This document shows positions 23,176 to 32,500 of a stretch of DNA of 64,000 bases, one piece after another (the first letter of the stretch is position 1; the number at the start of each line of letters is the position of its first letter). The stretch spans positions 310,001 through 374,000 of the forward strand of contig OZ025666.1 in NCBI GenBank assembly GCA_964019335.1, in the 5' to 3' direction. Position numbers and translations under genes: made by a program. The notes beneath the pieces were generated by a model. That model worked only from the letters and a program-made list of their open reading frames with translations. It had not been told where the DNA came from and searched no databases. Source of the DNA: Diplonema japonicum (taxonomy: Eukaryota > Protista > Euglenozoa: Diplonemea).

Positions 23176-24375
23176 ATGAGCGGTGTGAAAAGATGGTCCG
23201 CAAGAGCGGCCAAGGAGTCGGGTGGTGTCGGTGCAAAACTGTGGCCCGAGATGCTGGCGCTATCGAGCGCCGAGGGTGTGGCGAATCTCGGGCAAGGGTA
23301 CCCAGACTACGCAGGGAACGAATTCGCACTCCAAGCAGCACACAGAGCACTGGACTCGCCTGTGGTGAACCAGTACTCCGGCATAGGAGGCCTGCCCGTT
23401 CTGAACAAAGCTGTGTCCGACTACTACCAAGCGGTCTACGGTGGCGAGAAGCTTGACCCTGCGAAGGAAGTATGCGTCCTAACCTCAGCTACGGAGGGGC
23501 TCATCTCCTCAACACTGGGGCTCATCGACGAGGGTGATGAGGTGGTCATCTTCGAACCCTTCTTCCCGTGGTACCTGCCGTCCGTCCGCATGGCGGGTGG
23601 TGTCCCTAAGGTAGTGGAGCTGAAGGCGCCTGGGTTCGAAGTCTTGGAAGAGGACTTGGCGAAGGTGTTCTCCGAGAAGACGAAGATGGTGCTGCTGAAC
23701 ACACCGCACAACCCAACAGGGCACGTCCTCAAGCGGGCGGAACTGGAGCTTGTCGCGGCGTACTGCAAGAAGTACGATGTAATCTGCGTGAGCGACGAAG
23801 TATACGAAGCACAGGTGTTCACAGGCGCGGAGCATGTCCGCATTACTGACTTGGAAGGGATGCGCGAGCGCACGGTGACGGTGAGCGGCTCGTCAAAAAT
23901 GCTCTCCCTGACGGGGTGGCGCATAGGGTGGGCGTATGGACCGGAGGACCTTGTCGCAGCCATTCGCACGGTGCACTCCTTCACGACATATTGCGCCCCT
24001 GCACCCTTGCAGCTTGCAGTGGCAGAGACTCTGCAGCATTGCATCGAGACAAACGACTTCAAGTTTGACGGTGTGGCTGAGCTCTACAGGGGTAACTGGG
24101 AGCTTCTTGCCGATGCGTTAACCAAGTTGGGTGCCACTGTGTGCCCTGCACAGGGTGGGTACTTCCTTGTGGCCGATATAGCTTACTCTGGAATGTCTGA
24201 TATCGAGTTTGTGCGCTGGCTGGCAAAGGAGAAGAAAGTTGGCGCTGTTCCCCTTGCGATGTTCTTCAGCCCCGGACCTGAGGGCGAGCTCACACACCGC
24301 ACTCTTGTCCGCTTTGCTATTTGTAAAGAGCGGGCTTCTATTGAGAGAGCTTGCCGCCACATCCTTCAGGCTTGA
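23176..24375 (+). CDS. Class I/II PLP aminotransferase (kynurenine aminotransferase/glutamine transaminase K/YbdL-like)
   Basis: NLGQGYPD, NQY, LNTPHNPTG, SDEVY, SSKMLSLTGWRIGW, RFAICK. Confidence 0.9.
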   Translation: MSGVKRWSARAAKESGGVGAKLWPEMLALSSAEGVANLGQGYPDYAGNEFALQAAHRALDSPVVNQYSGIGGLPVLNKAVSDYYQAVYGGEKLDPAKEVCVLTSATEGLISSTLGLIDEGDEVVIFEPFFPWYLPSVRMAGGVPKVVELKAPGFEVLEEDLAKVFSEKTKMVLLNTPHNPTGHVLKRAELELVAAYCKKYDVICVSDEVYEAQVFTGAEHVRITDLEGMRERTVTVSGSSKMLSLTGWRIGWAYGPEDLVAAIRTVHSFTTYCAPAPLQLAVAETLQHCIETNDFKFDGVAELYRGNWELLADALTKLGATVCPAQGGYFLVADIAYSGMSDIEFVRWLAKEKKVGAVPLAMFFSPGPEGELTHRTLVRFAICKERASIERACRHILQA

Positions 24376-24914
24376 AAGTGCTGGAGGTAATGAGCTTTGG
24401 GATTATGTTGTCTTTATTTTTTTTTTATTTCTTTTTTATTTATTTATTTATTTATTTTTATTTTTGCTCTCAGGGGCGAAAAAATAAAAAATGAAAACAA
24501 AAAAAAAAAAGAAGAAAGAAAAACCTACCACTGTGGCGTGTTTCCCCCCAACCTCAAAAAACCTCCCCTTTTTTTCTTTTGTTTCTCCTTTTTCGTTCTT
24601 CCCACTGGGGAGAGAAAGTGGGGGGAAAAAAAAAGAGAAAAAAAAAACAAAAAACCAAAAAAACGTGATGCATTACACTGACCGCAGTTGCTACCTCTTT
24701 TTCTTTTTTGCATCACTACGGCAGAACCTCTCCCCCCCCCCCCCCCCCCCGAAGTATTCTTTTCCTTGTTTTTTTTTTTCTTCCTTTTTTTCTCCTCATC
24801 CATTTCACGCAACAATACACAGGAAAATATATTTTTTCACACCGGGGAAAAAAAAAAAAAAAAAAAAAAAAAGAAGAAGAAAACGGAATTATCAAAAAGA
24901 ATATAAGATAAACA

Positions 24915-26158
24915 ATGTCCATCCGTATCGATCTTGCGAACACTTCCGATGCTGCTTACTCCGAGCAGGTCGGGCTACCTGAAGTAGTGTCCGGACTGGT
25001 GGAGGAAGTCGTTTTGAAGAAGCCCGAAAAGTATTTAAAAAAAAAAAAAAAAAAAAAAAAATCAGAACCGAACTGACCGAAGTAATGGGGTCGATTCTGG
25101 GAGCTGAGAAGCCGCCTGTCGCGGGGAAATTCTTGAACAGGGTGGGCAACACACCCTTGGTGGAAATCCCGTCCCCGAACCCGTTGGTGAAGATTTACGC
25201 AAAGTGCGAGTTCATGAACCCCACCGGTTCCATCAAGGACAGAATCGCAGAACACATCCTGAACTCTGCTGAGAAGACGGGAACGGTGAAGAAGGGTACG
25301 ACGGTGGTGGCAGCGTCGTCAGGGAACACTGGATCGGCGATTGCAATGGCGTGTTCGTCAAGGGGTTACAAATGCAAAATCTTCACGAACAGCAAGTGCT
25401 CGGAGGAGAAGATTAACGCTGTGAGGGCGTACGGTGGTGAGATCGTTGTGGGCCCCACCGGTATCCCTGCAGACCACCCCGATCACTACCAAAACCTTGC
25501 TCTCGCTGCCGCCGCAGAGCCCAACTCATACGACGTCGACCAATACGACAACGCAGCAAACCCTGAAGCTTACTACTTGTCTCTCGGCCCTGAAATCTGG
25601 GAACAAACCAAAGGAGAGGTCACACACTTCGTCGCTGCTGGCAGTACCGGTGGTACCATCTCCGGTGTCGGCAGATATCTCAAGGAACAACAAACCGGTG
25701 TTCAGGTAATTCTCGCCGACCCTCACGGTTCCTGTTTCTCCGACTTCTACCGCGAGGGGACCCACAACGGTGCCACGTCGTTCCTTGTCGAGGGTGTCGG
25801 GAAGGATTCGATTCCCGGGGCGATGGATTTCAAGCTTGTTGATTACGCGATTCAGATTTCCGACTCACAAGCGATTAAATGCTGCCACACCCTCGCGCAA
25901 GAGGAGGGTATGCTTGTGGGTGGCTCGTCTGGTCTTAACGTTGCTGCGGCACAGGAGATTGCTAAGACTTTGACAAAGCCTTCCACCATTGTGACCATCT
26001 GCCCTGACACCGGGCTGAAGTACCTGTCGAAGTACTACAATGCAGACTGGCTGGAGAAGCAGGGGGTTTTCCTCGACGAGGAACGCTTCACAAACACAAA
26101 GAGATACCAGAAACCCGTTGTCCATGGTCCTGAGATGAAACACGCTTCCCTGAAGTAG
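24915..26158 (+). CDS. CBS: Cystathionine beta-synthase/cysteine synthase family enzyme. Exons 24915-25030, 25066-26158
   Basis: GNTPLV, KCEFMNPTGSIKDR, SSGNTG, GSTGGTISG, VEGVG; a 35-nt GT-polyA-CAG intron joins the upstream exon in frame. Confidence 0.85.
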
Positions 26159-27900
26159 AGTGAATAAATTTTTTTTATTTGTTGAAAACAAAACGTATTT
26201 TTTTTTTTTTTATTACATCGATGTCATTTTTTTTTTTTGATCAGAATGGTTTTTTTTTTTTTTATTCTTTTCTATTTATTTTTATCTGGATTTTAAAAAA
26301 AAGGGGGGGGGGAGATGTGTGTTAGAACATTTCAAACAAGGGGGAGAAATGTGTGGTAGGATAAAGAAAAAATAATATGGGGGAAGGGTAAAAAAAAAAA
26401 AAAAAAAAGAGGAAGAAAGGAAAAGAAGACAAAAAAGGCATGTAAAAAAAAGAAGAAAAAAAAACCCCTTTGCGATGTGATGCTTCTAGAAAGATTATGA
26501 AAAAAAAATGGGAAAAAAGAAAAGAAACCATCTTTTTTCCCCCCCCTTTTTTTTTTCTAGATTCTGCAATGCGTGATAATGCCTTTGGAGCCAAGCTTTT
26601 ATCCCTCTATTCCCACCCCCTTTTTTTTTTGAATTCACACTTCACACTTTTCTCTTCATCCTTGTTTGTTTACAGGCAATTCGTTGGATTTGTCTTTGTC
26701 ATCAGTGGCCTCCATCTCCCTCCATATGTCGTTTTATTTCCCCCTCCCTTCTTTGCTTCTTCTTTATTTTTCCCCCCTCCAAGAATATGACTCTCTCCGC
26801 CAAAAGAAAAAAGAAGGGGAAAAAAAAAAAAAAAAAAAAAAAACCGGAATAATCACTGCATTATTCTGAGCAGTATTCGAGGGGAGGAGTGGAAAAAAAA
26901 GAGGGGAGGGGGAAAAGTGCTTGAATGAGCATATTGTTTTTCTTTTATGTAGAAAAAAAAAAAAGAAATGCAATAAGAAGTGGATCACCGCGAACCATTA
27001 AACTTTCTTATCGTGGATGAGGGGGGGGAAAAAAACGAGAAGAAGGAAGAAAAAAAAAAAAGAAAAGAGGGAGTCATAAGAACCTCACCCCGCCCCTGTT
27101 CCCATTCTCCCAGAAAAGAGATTTTTTTTTCTTCCGAACGGTTGTCTTCTTCTTTTTATTTTTTTCTCTTCTCCTTTCTTTTTTATTTTTTTTAAAATGC
27201 CTCCGCGTGCAGGAAAAAAAAAAAGAAAATAATGGGGAGGGAAGAGAAGAAAAAAAAAAAAACACAAAATAAAAAGAAACACAAACATATCACTCTGCGT
27301 ACCCGATTTTTTTTCTTTTTATTTTATTTTTTAAAAAAAGAAAAACGAAAGTAGAGTGGCAAAAAAAAAAAAAGAAGAGATTTGAGAAAGGTGGAAAAAA
27401 AGAGGGGAAAAGATATTAAATAAAAGAGATGGGAAAAGAAAAGAATGTGGCTTTGAGGCAGAGAGCAAAATTCCTTAGCTTTCTCAGGCGTAGGAGGGTA
27501 CATACTCTGGTTCAATGGCTATTCTTATTTATCCTCCCCTTTTCTTTTATTCAGTAATTTCTCTTGCCCCTCCCCCTTTATCGCTCTCCTTTTCCCCCTT
27601 TTTTTGCGACCCTTTCTCCCCATTCCCCAACACACACACACACACACACGCATTCGCCCTTTCCCTAAAAGAACCCCCCCACCCCCCCTTTCCTTCCATT
27701 CACCTGTTCCTTCCTCTCCTTATTTTCATTTTTTTTTTATTTACCCCTCCCTTCTCTTCTCTCTCCCCTTCCCCCCATTCTCATAAGTTTCTTTTTTTTC
27801 CTTTTAGTTTTTTATTCTCTTTTTTCTTCATTAAAATTGCACCAGCGAAAAAAAAAAAAGAAAAAAAAAGGGGGGGGAACCTGCTCATAAAAATATATGA

Positions 27901-28746
27901 ATGCAACCAGTCGATTTGCTACAATGGCAGAATGATCTGCAAAAGAGAGGAGAGGAGCTCGAACGGAGGGAAACAGCTGTAAGGTCGAAGGAGCTCGTGA
28001 GCAGAACGAACGAGAGGGTACAAGACATGGACAAGATAAGACAGGCAGACCAGGGAGGCGGCGTTGAAGTCGTCGTCAGACGGCACATAAGCGAAGGCCT
28101 GGGCTGCTTAATAGACGACGAGAACATCCTCCACGGGGTAAGGACAGGAACACCTGCTGACAAGGCAGGCGCAGGAGGCTGCATCGGACGCAGATTAACC
28201 CACGTGGACGGCGTTCAACTACCTTATGGGGACGACCCTAGCATGGCAATGGGCACCACAGTTATATTGAGATTTTCTGTATACCCACCACCCTCACCAG
28301 TTCCTGTCATTAACGGAGCTGGCTACACACCGCAAGCATCATCACCACTTCGCAGCAGTGGTGTTACAAAAAATATCAAAAAATGTGGGTATTGTGGTGT
28401 GGAGGACACTGACTACTGGTGTCCATGTCACACTGTGTCATACTGCTCGCAAGGGTGTCAAGTGAGGCATTGGAATGCTCATTCGCAGACCTGTACCTCT
28501 GTGGGGAAGTTTTCTGCTCCTAAGAAGTACGCGTCGCCGCCGCCGCCGACCGCATCTTCCCCTTTGCAGATAGGTAGAAATCGTTTTATACCTTCGCAAG
28601 CTTCGCCCCGCCATGTGCATCGTATCCCCCCTGTGCCAGCATTCGTTCTTCCGCAGAAGCATGTTGAGTCGCAGTTGGCTTCCCCTCGTCCTGAAATGAA
28701 TTTTAGGCGTTCTCCTGGTGCTGCGTCGCAGCGGATGGAGTTTTAA
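27901..28746 (+). CDS. MYND zinc-finger protein with coiled coil and PDZ-like segment
   Basis: CGYCG..CPC..VSYCSQGCQVRHW..H..TC; GLG..GV..GTPADKAG..RLTHVDG is PDZ-like. Confidence 0.75.
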   Translation: MQPVDLLQWQNDLQKRGEELERRETAVRSKELVSRTNERVQDMDKIRQADQGGGVEVVVRRHISEGLGCLIDDENILHGVRTGTPADKAGAGGCIGRRLTHVDGVQLPYGDDPSMAMGTTVILRFSVYPPPSPVPVINGAGYTPQASSPLRSSGVTKNIKKCGYCGVEDTDYWCPCHTVSYCSQGCQVRHWNAHSQTCTSVGKFSAPKKYASPPPPTASSPLQIGRNRFIPSQASPRHVHRIPPVPAFVLPQKHVESQLASPRPEMNFRRSPGAASQRMEF

Positions 28747-29357
28747 AAACAAAAAATTGAAAAAAGATTTTAGAGAATGCTTGTATTTAAATATCCTTTT
28801 TGCCCCCCCCCCCATTTCCTCTTTAATGAAGGAAGAAACTTTTTTAAAAAGAAAAAAAGAAAAAGGGAGGGGCGAGGGGTTGGAGCGTCTTTCCGTTTCC
28901 TCTCACTTGTTTCCCCACCCCCCCTTTTTTTTTAAATTATTTCTTTTGTATTAACGATGTTGTATGATCAGCGTGACTGAAAGATGGCATTTTTTTTTTT
29001 TTTGTTGGTTGTTTTGTCGATTTTTACACAATCGACACGGTGCGTGTTTTTCTTTTTTTAAAAAAAAGTTTTTAATTTTTAAAGACTTGTGATGGAGACT
29101 GATGGAAGATTGCATCGTCTCGAATAGGTGTTTGGTTGTTAAAAGGATGAGAACAAAGGTGGCGTCTTACAAGGACCTCCTTTAGCTTCCTCCTTACCTT
29201 CTCTGACACCACTGCTTCTAATAAAAAGAGTTCATTTTCAAAGTCAAAGATGAAGTTATGGACCCCCCTCTTCCTGCTTTTTCCCTTTTCAAAAACCCTA
29301 TGAAACCAATCCTTAAAGAATTTTAAAATCCTCAAAGAGATTTTTTTTGGTTGCGAC

Positions 29358-29388
<31 letters not shown>

Positions 29389-29589
29389 GAAAAAGAAAAA
29401 AACGCGGACCATTTGTGTTTTTTTGTTCCGGGCATAAGGTTCAACCCCCATGACAGATATGATTGTTTTTTTTAAGGGGGCGTCTCACAAAGACTTCCTT
29501 TAACTCATTTTTTTTTTTGTCCCCAATTTTTCTCCTCAATTCATTTCCGGAAATATAAAAGAAAACACAAATAAAAAAAAGAAGTAAAA

Positions 29590-32500
29590 ATGAACAACAG
29601 GCGAGTGATGCTGTGCATGCTGGTGGCTGTCCTGGCGCTCTCTGCACGGGCTGATGAGAAGAGGGGCACGATCGAGGGTCCCGTGATCGGGATCGACCTT
29701 GGGACGACCTACTCCGTGGTGGGTGTGTGGCAGAACGGGCAGGTGGAGATCGTCCCGAACGAGATGGGTAACCGTATCACCCCCTCCGTCGTCGCCTTCA
29801 CTGAGACCGAGCGTCTCATCGGTGACGGTGCCAAGAACCAGATGTCCCAGAACCCCGACAACACCATCTACACCGTGAAGCGTCTTATCGGCCGACTGTT
29901 CTCTGACAAGGTATGTTTGGGAAATGAAAGTACAGGGAAGAAAGAGGGGGAAGGGGAAAGGGAGGGGGGTGGCATGTATTTTTTTTTGGCTTTGTTGATT
30001 GAAACCTGTGATGAGAACAACGACATCAACACTCTCGTTCTTCTGATTTTAGTTATGAAGACAGATGTTCCGTTCATGCTTCTGCAATGCTGAGGATATG
30101 CGACATAATCATTTTTTTCCAAATACCGGAAACACTCCACGGTTGCCCATCTTTTTCCCATGTGGACACAGAAAGACAGAAGCATCCCATTCCTTCACGT
30201 TGTTTCCCAGTTAGTGAAAAGAAGCGGAAAGAGGGAGGCTGAGACACCCGCATTGGAGGGACAGCATTCTGCAAACCTTCACCATTACCCCCCAGGGTAG
30301 CTTTTTGAAGTGTGCTGGAGGGCAAGTTTGGAAGGTGAGAGTGGAAGAGAAGCAGCTGAGGTCTTTTGTGTGGTGGTGAGGAGGGGCAAGAAAACCGACA
30401 TGATGACCACATCATATCCACTAAATTTTCTGATGAAGAGTCTTAAAATCTACAATGTCATAGTTACTCTGATCTCTTTCCGTCCTTTCCCTTTGCTCAC
30501 TTTTTCACCCAGAAAAACAGAACAAGAATAACCCCCCCCCCCCCCCCCCCCCCGCATTTAAGGCAAGGGAATGAAGCATTTAGTCTTGTTTATCCCTAGT
30601 CATTGTGGGGCAGATCCGCAAGCACATCAAGACGGAAGATATAATACCGGAAACACTCCACGGTTGCCCTCTTCCCTTAAGTGGAGGTGATGACCACCAG
30701 ACCCCTGGTTAGATGTTTTCCCCATGTGGGCACAGAAAGACAGAAGCATCCCATTCCTTCACGTTGTTTCCCAGTTAGTGAAAAGAAGCGGAAAGAGGGA
30801 GGCTGAGACACCCGCATTGGTGTAGCTTGATAATTTTCCTTCGGAATGATGAGAAACAAAATTCATAGATCTCGTTCGTCTGAGCAGACTTCCATTTTTT
30901 TGGAGGGCTGCGTGTGACTGATAAGAATTTTCGGCCTTCAAGCTGACCTTATTTTTTGCTGCCCTTCTCACTCTGTTGGCAGCAGGCCTTCACACCCTGT
31001 GATGAGAACAACGACATCAACACTCTCGTTCTTCTGATTTAGTTATGAAGACAGATGTTCCGTTCATGCTTCTGCAATGCTGAGGATATGCGACATAAAT
31101 AAAATAAGGTTCTTTTTCCAAATACCGGAAACACTCCACGGTTGCCCTCTTCCCTTAAGTGGAGGTGACGACCACCAGACCCCTGGTTAGATGTTCTTGT
31201 TTTTCTGAGCATTGATGTGTGGTGCCCAGCTATTTCACCGGTCATTCCCTCTCTTACTAAGGCAGAGAAGTTGTGCAGTGAGGCCTATTCCCCAACATGT
31301 CGAGAAGCATCCTTTCCTTCACGTTGTTTCCCAGTTAGTGAAAAGAAGCGGAAAGAGGGAGGCTGAGATCTCAAGAAGGGGGGCATTCGTTGTACCACCC
31401 ATCCACCCCCCGCATTTAAGGCAAGGGAATGAAGCATTTAGTCTTGTTTATCCCTAGTCATTGTGGGGCAGATCCGCAAGCACACCAAGACGGAAGATAG
31501 AAAACCCTTTTCACCTTCGCAGAAACCCAAAAGAAGGCTCGTCTGATGACAAACCATATTTCTATATTTCACCTCTGACGCTTTGAGGGGTCTGCCCGAA
31601 AGGGTGGGCTCAGTTTGAAAATACGAACTTTTCGTCACACTGACCATGCCATCTACCGTCGGGACCCACTCTTCCCTGTGATGATAATGCACTCCGTTTA
31701 TCTTTGTAGGTTGGGACAACTGAGCACCTCGTGTGTTGAGGATGCTGCATTAGGATTTGTTAATCTAGAATAGACTGAGAAGGAAGACTAAAAGAGAAAA
31801 GCAACGAACAAGGTGGTCACAGCTAGTGGCAGCCCCAGCGACCCTCCATGGATCTGACCACCCGTTCCGACTCACCCAGATAGAGCTACGCCTCATATTC
31901 TCTAAATATCTCCCATCAAAAGTAAAGTTTTCGAAGAAGTGGTTGTTCTTTCCTTTTTTAAATGATGAAAATATATTCTGTCAGTGCTGGCACCAGAGCA
32001 GAGCTGCGGAGGGGTAGCACCCTTTGTGACCATGAGCACATTTTTTATTATCCGCTGCTGAAATGAAAAGAAAGCCTACCCCACGAATACCTGGCAACAA
32101 CAACCACAACCCACCCCCCGCATTTAAGGCAAGGGAATGAAGCATTTAGTCTTGTTTATCCCTAGTCATTGTGGGGCAGATATGGCTTCAGGAGGGCAGC
32201 AGCACAGCCGTGTGATGACCAACACGAGGCATTTGTCTGAACACCTTTTGCGACGATTATAAAAACGTATTCTACCTTAACTTATCGCTGACGTTTGTGT
32301 TGCTGTGCTTGGGCTGATTTCCCTTTTTTTTCCTCTCCTTTTTTTTTTTTTTATTTTGCACCTGTCCCACCGGGGTGCAATTCTGCTGGGCTGAACACCC
32401 CCATGTCCTTCATCAGCGGGAAACACCCCGCAGATCAGTACCTCTAGCACTCGAGGCTGTCCCCCCTTTGTCCAAGATGAAAGAAAAAGGATCTTAGTTT

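Noticed and set aside
23176-26158. Sulfur amino-acid gene cluster (aminotransferase next to CBS)
   Set aside because: Only two genes, and neighbours in such directional clusters are generally functionally unrelated
26160-27890. ORFs or RNA genes in the long homopolymer-rich spacer (also 1-690, 46200-47500, 53430-54450)
   Set aside because: Low-complexity F/K-rich translations; no tRNA, rRNA or snoRNA box pattern recognised
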